In this document: in pieces, positions 1-10,237 of the stretch
How positions within the stretch are numbered: position 1 is the first letter of the stretch
How the letters are laid out: every line of letters starts with the position of its first letter
DNA from: a virus
Reading direction: 5' to 3' (one strand)
Virus record (IMG/VR): IMGVR_UViG_3300047472_000037
Location: 2,502 to 66,501 of that record
Length of the DNA: 64,000 bases
Notes under the pieces: generated by a model
Told to the model about the DNA's origin: nothing
The model's database searches: none
The model's input: only the letters and a program-made list of their open reading frames with translations
Program-made: the position numbers and the translations under genes

Positions 1-283
1 AGCCAGAGCCACCAGCAAAGCCGACGTTAACCGTCAGGACAGAGACAGTACCCGTAAGGACGGAAGTCTTTTCCACCCAAGCAGCGAGTACCATCTGGCC
101 CGGAGCAACCCGGACAGCCTCGATTACGTCAGCAGCAGCAAGAGCAGAGCCCTTAGCCGTTACAGCAGCAGCAAGGTCAATTTCCTTCCACTCGACATAC
201 GTCCAGTTGCTATTATCCATATGACGGACAAGAGCAGTAGGGACGATCGACAGAGGATTAGCAAGAGTCGTAATAGTAGCCAT
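1..283 (-). CDS. Virion structural protein downstream of the major capsid gene (possible head decoration protein); runs off the window edge
   Basis: Read by hand: ATG at 283 with AAGGAG SD; MATITTLANPLSIVPTALVRH..., open to position 1. Confidence 0.6.
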   Translation of the reverse strand, partial: MATITTLANPLSIVPTALVRHMDNSNWTYVEWKEIDLAAAVTAKGSALAAADVIEAVRVAPGQMVLAAWVEKTSVLTGTVSVLTVNVGFAGGSG

Positions 284-306
284 TTAAATAATCTCCTTAG
301 CTAAAA

Positions 307-1353
307 TTAGACAGCGGTGTTGTAAGCAGCACGGAGAAGGCCCTGCGGACGCAGAATCTTTCGGCCGTACATATGCATACCACGAACGATGTCAGAGAAG
401 CCGAACGGAGAACGGAAGGTTTCCGTCTTATTAATCTGTTCAGCCGTAGCAACAGCAGAGTCATGACCAGCTACGATGAAGCCATAGTCGGTAGCAGCAG
501 CACCGGTATGAGCAACACTAGGACCATTACCAACCGTCGGAAGGTTGTTCGAGAGGTAGACACGGAAGCCACGAACCATCGTCGAAGACAGCTTACCGTT
601 GGAGAGCTGTTCGCTATCCTGGTAGAACTGGTTCATAAACTTCGAGTTTTCGTCCATGAGGATTTCCATGAAGACCGGATCAACTACAACCCAACGACCT
701 TCCTTATCAACGTTCTGCTGATCAAGAAGACGGTTCATACGGGACAGAACCTGAAGAGGGGTCGCATCGAAGGTGCCGGTCTGGCCGACAGCAATCGAAT
801 CAGTGGCAGAACCACCAGAGACAAACGCACCGCGACCCAGCTTGTGGATTGCGAAGAGTTCATCAGGATCGGCAGTGGTTTCAGCCTTCGTACCAACCGG
901 AGCCGTACGAGCAGACCAGACACCAGTCGTAGTATTGAGCTGGTAACCAGTTAGGTAACCGAGAACGTCCGCATCGTAGGTCTGAGCGAGCTTGTAAGCT
1001 GCACGGTCCGTTGCGAGGTCGAGCCAGTTAACGTGGGACTGCTTCTTTTCGATGTCATCGATCTGGAACTGGAAGGCATTAGCACGATCAACGATGAGCG
1101 TGAAGTCCTGGTCTTCGAGGTCCTGGGAAGTCATCTGAGTACCACGAGCATAAGCCGAAATGGAGATTTCTGGTTCCTTAATGATTTGAACCGAATCGCC
1201 ATAATTGCTAATTTCACCGAAATAATCAGAGTTGGTAATGTCCTGTACGACAGAGGTCTTGCGGAACTGCTTCTGGACCTTCTGCGAGTAGATTACCGGG
1301 CTAAATTTACCATTAGGAAGGTTGCCATAACCTGTTGCACTTTGAAATGCCAT
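307..1353 (-). CDS. Major capsid protein
   Basis: 348 aa; GYGNLPNGKFSPVIYS N-terminus, GDSVQIIKEP and DIVRGMHMYG typical of podovirus HK97-fold capsids; follows scaffold; AGGAG SD. Confidence 0.88.
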   Translation of the reverse strand: MAFQSATGYGNLPNGKFSPVIYSQKVQKQFRKTSVVQDITNSDYFGEISNYGDSVQIIKEPEISISAYARGTQMTSQDLEDQDFTLIVDRANAFQFQIDDIEKKQSHVNWLDLATDRAAYKLAQTYDADVLGYLTGYQLNTTTGVWSARTAPVGTKAETTADPDELFAIHKLGRGAFVSGGSATDSIAVGQTGTFDATPLQVLSRMNRLLDQQNVDKEGRWVVVDPVFMEILMDENSKFMNQFYQDSEQLSNGKLSSTMVRGFRVYLSNNLPTVGNGPSVAHTGAAATDYGFIVAGHDSAVATAEQINKTETFRSPFGFSDIVRGMHMYGRKILRPQGLLRAAYNTAV

Positions 1354-1524
1354 TTGTATTCTCCTAGATTTAATTGATTTCTTTGTTAGACAACGTAGTT
1401 GAATACGCTGAAAGATAGATCAACTTTCCTAGAGAGGCCATTTTGTGTTTTAGGTTGCTCAATTGAGGGCTAAATAAAATGGGTAATTCTTTAGTTTGTG
1501 TTCTATGTTAGTAGATCTTATAGA

Positions 1525-2328
1525 TTATCGAGCACCACCCGATACGTCATAAAAGATTTTACCCCTTGAAGCAGCAGACATGATCTTAGTTTCATTACGT
1601 TCGAACCAAGTCCGATCCTTCTTGCTTTGTGTTTCGATCTGAGACTCAGTGAATTCGTAATCACCGGCATCAGCATCTGGTTCCTCAAAGATACTAGTCT
1701 TTTTGACCACCTTGGCCGCGTTCCTAGTGTCAAAGTCATCGTCACCACCTTGGGACTTCTTGACTCCGCCTTGAGATTTATATTTTGAGATAACGAGATC
1801 AGCCTGTTCTACGTCTAGATTACGGTAGATCGCGTCTTGATACTTCTGACTCTGGCCCTTAAGCCAAGAGTGGAACTTTTCACTACGAGACAACTCATCC
1901 CAATCGGAATGTAGTCGCTTTAGTTCGATGATCGCTTCTTTTGCATCGATTTCTTTAGATTTCTCTTCGATAGCAGCGAGCTTCTGGTTTGTCGTGGAGG
2001 TTGCATCCCGCACGCGTGTTTCGACAATTCGTTCAAGGATACCTGCAAATTCTGGGTATTCTTTAACCCAATTATCAACTTCTTCATCACTCTTGGGGGC
2101 ACGAATACGGCCTCGTAGAGCTTGATCTAGTTTAGTCTTGAGTTCTTCAACTTCAGCCTTCGTCTCATTTTTAATCTGAGTGAGGTATCTCTGTTGATCT
2201 CCGTAGCGCTTCTTCCAAGTCTCTTCTTCGACAGTCTTAGCGGGCTCCTTGAGAACCTGTTCATCCTTTTCGATTTCTTCGACTTCAGCAATTTCTGCTT
2301 CAACGCGGGAGTTACGATATTTTGCCAT
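1525..2328 (-). CDS. Capsid scaffolding protein
   Basis: Acidic coiled-coil protein with WKKRYGD motif, immediately upstream of the capsid gene. Confidence 0.75.
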   Translation of the reverse strand: MAKYRNSRVEAEIAEVEEIEKDEQVLKEPAKTVEEETWKKRYGDQQRYLTQIKNETKAEVEELKTKLDQALRGRIRAPKSDEEVDNWVKEYPEFAGILERIVETRVRDATSTTNQKLAAIEEKSKEIDAKEAIIELKRLHSDWDELSRSEKFHSWLKGQSQKYQDAIYRNLDVEQADLVISKYKSQGGVKKSQGGDDDFDTRNAAKVVKKTSIFEEPDADAGDYEFTESQIETQSKKDRTWFERNETKIMSAASRGKIFYDVSGGAR

Positions 2329-2397
2329 TAACTATTCTCCTTGGGGCCACAAGTATTTGACCAGAATTGATCAAGGTTGCGGGTAGCCTTCCACAAT

Positions 2398-4701
2398 TTA
2401 ATTCCAGCCGTCCGATCTCGAACCGCCGTATCCACTGCTATCATTCTTATCGTTATCCGATTTGTTTGAAGCAGAAGAACCGTTTGCAAATCCTCCACCA
2501 GAGGTAGATGGTCCATTAGCACCAGCAGATGAAGCGAAGCCACCTCCCGTACCTTGACCACCAGTCGAACTATCCGACTTGTTTCCACCATTATTGGAAG
2601 AGTTTGAATTACTTTCATTCTGACCACCTGTTTGAGATGGACCAGAGAAGTGATTAGAGCCATCAGCAGCAGCTGTAGGACCAGCAGAGAAGCCACCAGC
2701 AGTCGATGACGCGTTGGTCAATGAAGGGGTAGCCATAGGTGCAGGACTTACTGCTTGAGCAACTGGTTGGGATTGATACTCAGCCAGAGTGCCGAAGGTA
2801 TGGGCACCAATCTGTTGAGAGTTTGTCATCTGTGCACCCCAACCGGGATTAATAGTATTTGCATGATAGTTTGTGAACCCTTGGTTATTCTCATCAGATG
2901 AGTAGTAACCCTTGACTGCACTATCGTAAGCAGTGGGGTTCAAGTTGTAATTCTTTTGGGCTGTATCAGCAGCAGCTTTGTTATTCCAAGTAGAGTACTG
3001 ATTAGGTGCTCCGATAACGCCAGCCATAGTGCCATACTTTCCTACACGATTATCCATCGTCTGAGCGATACCATAAGACTCTTTAGTGAAATCTTCAGAA
3101 CCGATCTTAGTCTTAGACGGATCAATCTCACCAGCCAATGTCATAGCCATCATTCTACGGTCATCATCGGACAGAGCATTGTAACGATCCAGAGATTTTG
3201 ATTGAGCCATGTTTTGTAATTGCGGGGTGGAAAATCTGTCTTGACCAGCAAAAGAATCAGGTGTGGAAAACCTTTCCTGCCCGGCCATTGTTTGAGTAGA
3301 AGCGGCAAGATTTTGAGCATTGATCTCTTGGTCAGTAGGACGAGCAGTTGGTGTAGGTGCCAAACGGCTTTCCGTTACACCTTGTGTAAACCACCCTGGG
3401 GCTTTATCCATATTATATTCTGAACGATTATACATAGCTGCAATACCAGCAGCATTTACACCTTGTCCTGCTTCCACAGAATTAATAGGGTTACGACGAT
3501 CTGTTGCGATATGTAGTGATTGGTCTCCATAAGTACCAATTTCCATAGCACCGGACATAATAGCCCGTTCGGTCATATCCCTTTTCTCATCATCAGTCAT
3601 ACCTTTGGTGGAAACATCGAAGGCTTGTCCAGTTTGGTGGAATGATTTACTAGCACCACCAATGGCAGCATTAACTTTTGAACTACGATACGCAGAAGAA
3701 ACATTTATACCACCAGGGGTATTAGTTGCTAGTGCACCCATTGCTTCTTTTGTTCTATCAGTTAATCCGGTAGTTACATCGCCTCGTTCAGGATGCGAAT
3801 AGTTAACTCCACTAAGGTCAGTATTATCATCCACCGAATTAACGTGAGTACCATTCTCGATGGAGTTTTTAAATGAGGGAGACAAGTCCATGAGACCTTT
3901 ACCCTTTGGCTTACTAGACGCTACACCCATACCAGTTGCGATATGATCTGTAGTATCCTCCTTGGCAGTGTTATAAGAAGAGCCGAAAACATTACCTAAC
4001 ATCTTTGAGCCGATACTCTGTTCCATTTTGGGAGCAGTTAGCCCTTGGGCGCTAAAGTTATTCTGAGCATCCTTAACATCTTGTCGAGCTGCTTCTGCCA
4101 CCGAGCCGGGATTAACAAGAGACCGATTACGAGCCTCATTAGGGGTCATCATAGTACGGCCAGTTTTGTCTGAAACTTCGAAGCCTACAGGAACCGTCTC
4201 ATTTTGGTCAGGATTCTTGGGATTAGAAATGTTTACGTTAGCAACGAGACCTTTGTTATCCTGCAAGAAACTACCAAGATTAGTCTTCTGAGGAAGTCCT
4301 AGAACCTGTCTGGCATCTTGTACAGCCTGACGATTATTAGCATTCATAGCTAGACTAGCAGCTTTACCTACCATACCGACAGGTCCAGGGAGAGCGCCCA
4401 TAGCCCCTATGAAGCCCGGCTTGTGAGCATAACCGAAGTTATTATCTACATTCCTTGGCTGAGCAGTAGAACCCTGTGGGGCAAATCCCTTTTGACTAGA
4501 GTCAGACTTAAAGATAGTATCGTACTGCTTCTGTTGTTCTTCAGGGAGTTTAACTTCCCCAGATGATACTTGACTCTGATCCTTTACGTCATAGTAAGGA
4601 AGGTCTGCATAATCGATAGGGTTGCCAGTCTGAAGATCAAGATATTGAGGTTCATATGTATTACCCGAAGGATCATAATATTGTATTGCAACGTTTGCCA
4701 T
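2398..4701 (-). CDS. Virion-associated peptidoglycan hydrolase (peptidase M15-like plus SleB/hydrolase_2-like domains)
   Basis: SAYRS...SFHQTGQAFD...SLHI (M15 Zn peptidase); LAGEI...NR...QYSTWN...YHANTINPGW...IGAHTF (hydrolase_2-like); Gly/Ser-rich tail. Confidence 0.65.
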   Translation of the reverse strand: MANVAIQYYDPSGNTYEPQYLDLQTGNPIDYADLPYYDVKDQSQVSSGEVKLPEEQQKQYDTIFKSDSSQKGFAPQGSTAQPRNVDNNFGYAHKPGFIGAMGALPGPVGMVGKAASLAMNANNRQAVQDARQVLGLPQKTNLGSFLQDNKGLVANVNISNPKNPDQNETVPVGFEVSDKTGRTMMTPNEARNRSLVNPGSVAEAARQDVKDAQNNFSAQGLTAPKMEQSIGSKMLGNVFGSSYNTAKEDTTDHIATGMGVASSKPKGKGLMDLSPSFKNSIENGTHVNSVDDNTDLSGVNYSHPERGDVTTGLTDRTKEAMGALATNTPGGINVSSAYRSSKVNAAIGGASKSFHQTGQAFDVSTKGMTDDEKRDMTERAIMSGAMEIGTYGDQSLHIATDRRNPINSVEAGQGVNAAGIAAMYNRSEYNMDKAPGWFTQGVTESRLAPTPTARPTDQEINAQNLAASTQTMAGQERFSTPDSFAGQDRFSTPQLQNMAQSKSLDRYNALSDDDRRMMAMTLAGEIDPSKTKIGSEDFTKESYGIAQTMDNRVGKYGTMAGVIGAPNQYSTWNNKAAADTAQKNYNLNPTAYDSAVKGYYSSDENNQGFTNYHANTINPGWGAQMTNSQQIGAHTFGTLAEYQSQPVAQAVSPAPMATPSLTNASSTAGGFSAGPTAAADGSNHFSGPSQTGGQNESNSNSSNNGGNKSDSSTGGQGTGGGFASSAGANGPSTSGGGFANGSSASNKSDNDKNDSSGYGGSRSDGWN

Positions 4702-4703
4702 AT

Positions 4704-4919
4704 TTAATCCTTCGGGTTATTGACTTCTTCTCGTAGATGTCTGATTCGTCTGAGTTCTTCGATAGCTCCTTGAAGCTTTAAGACTTCATCCATGTTTGGG
4801 GCAGTGACGAGAGCATCTTTTAGAAAAGTAATACGAACTTCGACATAACTGTTAAGAGCACTTAAAATCTCCTTATCATTTACTAGGAAGTATAGTTTCT
4901 CTGCGTCACTTCTTATCAT
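4704..4919 (-). CDS. Small hypothetical protein coupled to the portal gene
   Basis: 71 aa; overlaps portal stop; KLQGAIEEL coiled segment. Confidence 0.65.
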   Translation of the reverse strand: MIRSDAEKLYFLVNDKEILSALNSYVEVRITFLKDALVTAPNMDEVLKLQGAIEELRRIRHLREEVNNPKD

Positions 4920-7054
4920 TGAGGTTGCGGGCCTTGGTTACTAGAGAAGCCCGGAGCACCCGGTTCAGGGGAATTGCCGGGACCTATATTTCCATTGCCA
5001 TTTCCACCCGGATCGGAAGGAGATGGAGCACCTTGACCACCGGGGGCTTGACCATCAACTGGTGGTTGACCCATCATAGCAGCGACTTGTTTCATCTGAA
5101 GGGCTTGAATACCAGCAGCACGAGGGTCATTGATAACCTTGTCTTCATCCAGATCCAAGGAAGCAGCATATTCACGGAGGATATAATCCCATTTGATGAA
5201 TGGTGCCATGGTTGGATTAGGTGCAGCGAACTGTGCCAACTGAAGAAGTCGCTGAGAGCGAATTTCATTTCGCATCAAGGACTCAGTCCCACGAGCGACT
5301 ACGACGACATCACCGATGTAATCCTTATCGAAGTTGAACTGCATGTTGAAAGCAAATAGAGCTTTACCCAATGGGGCAAGCAAGAAGTCATCAATGTTAC
5401 GGACAACTGCTTTAATATTCTGAGCTGCTGCACCCATAAGCATAGACATACCTGCTGCTGTTCTACCAGCGCCTAGTCCTGGAGCATTAGAGCCATGGGC
5501 ATAGGAAGGCATACCAGTTGCTTCATCAGATAGCTGTCGAGCCTTATCAAATAGGGCCAGAGCGGACTGAGAGACATCGTTAATGTGGATATCATTAATA
5601 GCTTGGCCGGGTTGACCACCAGAACGGCGGAAAATCTTACCGGGATACACTTCCATATTCTGTCCTGGAACAAGAAGGTCTTCGTTTACTTCCAAGAGGA
5701 CGTTAGAAGACAAGGCAGCATTATCTACAGCCAAACGCATGAACCCATTCATCAGCAACTGTGTGTCTAGCATGTTTTCGGCAACACCTACACCAAAGAT
5801 GGAGTAAGGATTGGTCTCATATGGTGCCAGATTGTAAGGAATACGTGCAGGAGTAAAAGGATTAAAGACTAGACGAAGAATGTGGGAACCACAAATCCAA
5901 GCATTAATCTGAATCTGATCTTGTCCCTTATATTCTTTGGGGATTTTGATCTTACTCTCTTTGGCCGTTTCGGCGTCCATCACACCCCAGTATTCATACA
6001 CTTCCCAACGATCTTGGACAGTGATTTCGTTCTGAGTTTGGGTAAGAAGAGAAGTTTCCCAGTACTTCATATTGTAATGGGGGCCTTCAGAGATAGCAGC
6101 TTCGATGTTCTTATTACGGAAGTACGGCCGGCGCTTAAGGGCACGCAAATCAGACTTAGAAAGTCTATGTCTCTGGATAAATTTCTCACATTCGGCCATA
6201 CTACGAGCATCTGCATCAGGATAACAGTCCCAAATGGATACATACTCCACTTTAGGGATAGTTTTTACTAGTGGATTGTAACCACCGGTCTCATCCCACC
6301 GAGGATATTCCTGATCGATAGCAAAAGGGCCCTTAATACAACCAGTCCCGAACAAAGCCATCTCAAAAATGGTATTACGAAGGTGGGCAGAAGCATCAGA
6401 CTCATCCAATTGGTCTAGAATCTTACGTTCCATCTTCTTTGCAGCTTCTTTTGCTGGCTCAAAGTTAATATCGGTAGGCATATAACCAATGCCGGGCTTA
6501 ACTTGGTCCTCAACAGGCTTAAGAAGATCTTTCTTTGGGCCAAAAAGCATCGCAATGTGTGGGTCCATCTGAGAAGTACCAGATGGTTTAGGTGTATTTG
6601 GACCTTGTGGACCTTGTGGAGTAGGTTGACCCTGTGGAGAAGTACTAACATGAATGCTATCTTCTACAGCAGTACCGTAATTCTCTGGTTCGATACCAAT
6701 GGGAAAACGATTACCTGCAAAAAGAACATCAGACATCTGAGCTACTGAGGCCATAACCTTGGTCTTAGTAATTTTAATGAATGCTCTAGACTTTTCAGTA
6801 CTAGTAAAAGTAGTAGTCGGACCATAAAGACCACGATAGTTACGATAACATTCAAGCCACCGTTGTTCATCGATATATCTCTTACGGTCTGATCTATTAA
6901 ATTCTTCCATAATCGTCTCAACTAGACGAGAATGCTTTCGGTCATCTTCAGGAACATCCGTTGCTTCAGGAAGCGCCACCGATGTACTCGGATCTGCCGA
7001 TGTCTCCAACGATAGATCGTCAAATTTAGGCGTTTCATCCATAAATGAAGCCAT
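4916..7054 (-). CDS. Portal protein
   Basis: 712 aa between terminase and scaffold; FGTGCIKGP, GVGVAE, RTAAGMSMLM motifs; Pro/Gly-rich tail. Confidence 0.85.
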   Translation of the reverse strand: MASFMDETPKFDDLSLETSADPSTSVALPEATDVPEDDRKHSRLVETIMEEFNRSDRKRYIDEQRWLECYRNYRGLYGPTTTFTSTEKSRAFIKITKTKVMASVAQMSDVLFAGNRFPIGIEPENYGTAVEDSIHVSTSPQGQPTPQGPQGPNTPKPSGTSQMDPHIAMLFGPKKDLLKPVEDQVKPGIGYMPTDINFEPAKEAAKKMERKILDQLDESDASAHLRNTIFEMALFGTGCIKGPFAIDQEYPRWDETGGYNPLVKTIPKVEYVSIWDCYPDADARSMAECEKFIQRHRLSKSDLRALKRRPYFRNKNIEAAISEGPHYNMKYWETSLLTQTQNEITVQDRWEVYEYWGVMDAETAKESKIKIPKEYKGQDQIQINAWICGSHILRLVFNPFTPARIPYNLAPYETNPYSIFGVGVAENMLDTQLLMNGFMRLAVDNAALSSNVLLEVNEDLLVPGQNMEVYPGKIFRRSGGQPGQAINDIHINDVSQSALALFDKARQLSDEATGMPSYAHGSNAPGLGAGRTAAGMSMLMGAAAQNIKAVVRNIDDFLLAPLGKALFAFNMQFNFDKDYIGDVVVVARGTESLMRNEIRSQRLLQLAQFAAPNPTMAPFIKWDYILREYAASLDLDEDKVINDPRAAGIQALQMKQVAAMMGQPPVDGQAPGGQGAPSPSDPGGNGNGNIGPGNSPEPGAPGFSSNQGPQPQ

Positions 7055-7074
7055 AGGTTACTCCTTAGCTATTA

Positions 7075-7614
7075 TTAGGCAGTATAAATTGTACCTGTAA
7101 CAGTATTAGCAGCAGCGAGTGGATTTGCATCAGTGTCAATAGGATTTAGAACAATTGAATAGGCAACACCAAGGGACATATAAACACCAACTGAGCTGGA
7201 ATACGAGACAGTACCACCAGGGGGAATACCAACAATTGACACCACGGTAGAACTACCAACCGTAGGAGCTACGTTCAAATTGTAGAACTTCAAGTAAGCC
7301 CATGTAGCAGCATTATTCTGGAGGCAGTATCCGTACAGACGAGTAGCTACTGTCTTAGCCGAAGTGGCGTTAGTAGTAGCAGCAGAATTCACTTTGAACT
7401 GTACACAACCACCTGACGACCCTTTGGCATCTTCACTTACAGAGAAGACACCTTGGTTGGAGGCGATAACTACGGGCAGTGAAGCCGCCATAGTCTGCTG
7501 GCCGAGGGTAGCTGGAAGCTGTGTGGACGAAGAGGTTACAGGAAGTGGAGTAATGGGTGTTACGGCTGTAACAGTATTATCAGCATTAGTATAGGCTGAG
7601 GGAGACGTGGCCAT
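7075..7614 (-). CDS. Hypothetical (probable structural) protein
   Basis: 179 aa, Thr/Ser/Ala-rich, in the late operon. Confidence 0.6.
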   Translation of the reverse strand: MATSPSAYTNADNTVTAVTPITPLPVTSSSTQLPATLGQQTMAASLPVVIASNQGVFSVSEDAKGSSGGCVQFKVNSAATTNATSAKTVATRLYGYCLQNNAATWAYLKFYNLNVAPTVGSSTVVSIVGIPPGGTVSYSSSVGVYMSLGVAYSIVLNPIDTDANPLAAANTVTGTIYTA

Positions 7615-7773
7615 TTACTTATCCTTCTTACCGATGACAGTAATGACAGAATCAAAAGCCTTACCAGTGGTCATCTTAATATGTGGAGCATCTGCAGAAC
7701 CACGAGTAGTTGTCTTAGCGCCCATCATAGGAGCTGCACAGGAAGTGTCACCACTCCAAGAATCTTTCTTCAT
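7615..7773 (-). CDS. Small hypothetical protein (52 aa, below ORF-track cutoff)
   Basis: Read by hand: MKKDSWSGDTSCAAPMMGAK...; start overlaps upstream stop, stop abuts next ATG. Confidence 0.5.
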   Translation of the reverse strand: MKKDSWSGDTSCAAPMMGAKTTTRGSADAPHIKMTTGKAFDSVITVIGKKDK

Positions 7774-8039
7774 TCGTCATCTCCTAGATCTAGGTTTAAA
7801 CTCTGTAGGAGAACAAGCTTTGCTTTCTCCAAATCCCAATTGATTTCTGCTATATTACCAGAAGTACTAGCAAAGTAGAAAACACCATTGGATTGCTTAC
7901 CAATAAAGATAACGTCACTGAACTCTCTGCCTTCTAATCCAGCCAAGAGTTTTTCGACTGGTATGTGGACATCGTCCTCACCTTCATATAGCTGGTGGGT
8001 GGAATTAGAGTTTGGAAAGTCAATGACGTTATCATCCAT
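7770..8039 (-). CDS. Hypothetical protein
   Basis: 89 aa, tightly packed in operon. Confidence 0.6.
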   Translation of the reverse strand: MDDNVIDFPNSNSTHQLYEGEDDVHIPVEKLLAGLEGREFSDVIFIGKQSNGVFYFASTSGNIAEINWDLEKAKLVLLQSLNLDLGDDE

Positions 8040-8284
8040 TAAATATTATCCTTTTGCTTATGCTTGAAGAACTGAAAGTCTCCAGCACCAGTATCAGTAC
8101 CTGTGTCCATACCTACTTCAAGAGTACCCACACGAGTTCCTGTCTCAGCTGGCTGATCAACAAGAGGTTTCTTACTACGAAGAACCTTAGAGTTGAATGA
8201 CCGCTGGTCTACATCACCCTTCGTATAGTCTTTTTGAGTAGCCTCTATAACATTAGTTGATTGCCGGCGACCTTTGAGGTCCAT
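8039..8284 (-). CDS. Hypothetical protein
   Basis: 81 aa, AAGGA SD, TAATG coupling to the next gene. Confidence 0.55.
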   Translation of the reverse strand: MDLKGRRQSTNVIEATQKDYTKGDVDQRSFNSKVLRSKKPLVDQPAETGTRVGTLEVGMDTGTDTGAGDFQFFKHKQKDNI

Positions 8285-8296
8285 TATAATATCCTT

Positions 8297-10237
8297 TTAG
8301 TAACCGAAGACTGAGTCTGATGGGATGTAACGATGAGCTGGTTTAGTACCCCAATCCAGAGGATTAGAAGCTCTCGGACGGGACATAATCCCATATCTCA
8401 AAGCATCATAACTGTGGTCGGAAGTATAACGAGAATCGATATCATCCTCACCATCCGGGTTAGTTGGAATGGACGGGATGTCAGCGATCACTTGTCTACA
8501 GTTCTCGAAGAAGATAATACCGGGAGACTCTTCACCGAATACGTTCTCTTTGACCTTTAGAAGCTCATGGAGACGGTTCTTGCCAGCGGCACGACTACCC
8601 TTGCTCCGATCACTCTCTCGCCACCTACAGCCCGCTGCGATCATTTCCTCAGCGATGGATGGTCCGTAGTGTCCTCGTTGATGCCATACAGATGAGTCAA
8701 GAATACCGTATGATACGTTATCATCTTTTTCCATCTCAAGGACTTTAGCAGCGAGAGCAACACCGGTCATTCCTTTTCCGTAGAGTTCACGATAGACATA
8801 AAGCGTATCGTCAGCAGGATCAATTGCAAACCAAAGGACGCAAGCTGGAGAAGAATAACCATAGTCAGCAGCTCTAAAGCGACGCCAAGAAGGAGGGATA
8901 GCAAATGGAGGGCGGACGTGATACTTAGGATTAAACTCGGCAAAGGCAGCCCCTTCTACGATTGACCAATCGCCTTCAAGGAGTTTCCTTCGTTCGTTTT
9001 CAGGAAGGCCATGTAGAGACCTTTCGTATACGCCGTCGGCTGCTAGGTACTTATTGTCACGCAATAGAGCAGGAATGAAGCGACGTTTGAACAACGGCTT
9101 TCCTGCAAGAACTGGATTTGCGTAGTCATCTGGATACCGTAGTACTTCCCCTGTTTCGATATCTGTGGCCCAGAAAGCCTTATTAGCTACTTCTGGATCA
9201 ATGAACATTTTCTTAACCCAATGATGGCCGGGGCCGCCAGGGTTGGTTGTAGCCCTCATGGAGAGGCACTTCTTAAGTGTAGGATCTGCCGTACGTAGAC
9301 GAGACTTCAAATATGTGTAGGCAAAAGGAGTAGCATACTGAGTAAGCTCATCCATACCGATCCAGGTAAAAGCCTGTCCCTGATAGCGCATAACGTCTTC
9401 ATCACGATCTAGATAAGTGATCCAGAACTTTGCACCAGAAGGAAAAACCCACATGGAGTCTTTATCTTTCCATTGGGCTTTCGGCCAGATTTTTTTATAA
9501 AGCTTTTGGGTTTCCCATTTTAGTTCTCTGAGTTCATCGTTCGTACGACGTAACAGAAGACCAACAAAATTAGGATTATCAAAATATCTCATGGGATCGG
9601 CGATCATCGCGAACGATTTCCCGCCTCCGGCTGCGCCGCCGTAGAGGACTTCTTCTTCTGTAGCAGAAAGAAACCAAGTTTGTGGACCTTCGTTAGGTTC
9701 GAAGGCAATAGAGATATCAGTAGGGACTGGCGGTTTGTGGACCTTAGCGGCTTGATCTTCTGGATGATGCCACCCGCCAGTAGCCTTCTTCTTGACAGGA
9801 GCGCCCTCTGGGAAGTCTTCCTCTTGGAGCCTACCCCTATCAGCCTCTAGTCTCTCAAGCTTCTTCTGTGACCTTCTAGCCATTGCACGAGCCTGTTGGA
9901 TCTGTGCTACTTCTTTACTGAGTGGCTTACGAGTTCTGATCTTAGCTGGATAGTTCCTGTAGGGATTTCTGTGTTTCTTATAAAGATTGGATAGGGTCTG
10001 GTGGACCATGCTGGATAGGAGTTTCTGAGAGACCCATTCGGTAACATCCCTCCAAGAATTGCCAGCTTCGATATGGTCGAATGCCTGTTCGAGGACAGCA
10101 ATAACTTCTGGGTTCGGGAGGATCTCATAGGGATCGTTCGGGTTAACCATGTAACCATAACCGATCTTACCGTAGGGGATTTTCCTCTTCCAAGCAGGCC
10201 ACCTCTCTCTCAGTTTCTCTGAGAGCTGTTCTGTCAT
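8297..10237 (-). CDS. Terminase large subunit with N-terminal extension
   Basis: Walker A YGGAAGGGKS, Walker B IGMDE, motif III ATTNPGG, nuclease ADYG and DHSYDALRY. Confidence 0.93.
   Translation of the reverse strand: MTEQLSEKLRERWPAWKRKIPYGKIGYGYMVNPNDPYEILPNPEVIAVLEQAFDHIEAGNSWRDVTEWVSQKLLSSMVHQTLSNLYKKHRNPYRNYPAKIRTRKPLSKEVAQIQQARAMARRSQKKLERLEADRGRLQEEDFPEGAPVKKKATGGWHHPEDQAAKVHKPPVPTDISIAFEPNEGPQTWFLSATEEEVLYGGAAGGGKSFAMIADPMRYFDNPNFVGLLLRRTNDELRELKWETQKLYKKIWPKAQWKDKDSMWVFPSGAKFWITYLDRDEDVMRYQGQAFTWIGMDELTQYATPFAYTYLKSRLRTADPTLKKCLSMRATTNPGGPGHHWVKKMFIDPEVANKAFWATDIETGEVLRYPDDYANPVLAGKPLFKRRFIPALLRDNKYLAADGVYERSLHGLPENERRKLLEGDWSIVEGAAFAEFNPKYHVRPPFAIPPSWRRFRAADYGYSSPACVLWFAIDPADDTLYVYRELYGKGMTGVALAAKVLEMEKDDNVSYGILDSSVWHQRGHYGPSIAEEMIAAGCRWRESDRSKGSRAAGKNRLHELLKVKENVFGEESPGIIFFENCRQVIADIPSIPTNPDGEDDIDSRYTSDHSYDALRYGIMSRPRASNPLDWGTKPAHRYIPSDSVFGY

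Noticed and set aside
373-954. Long antisense ORFs (also 40285..40944, 54484..55125, 55500..56015)
   Set aside because: They lie opposite well-supported genes and are explained by codon bias.
2328-2696. 122-aa minus-strand ORF with hydrophobic start
   Set aside because: Alternate frame of the Gly/Ser-rich tail of 2398..4701; no SD.
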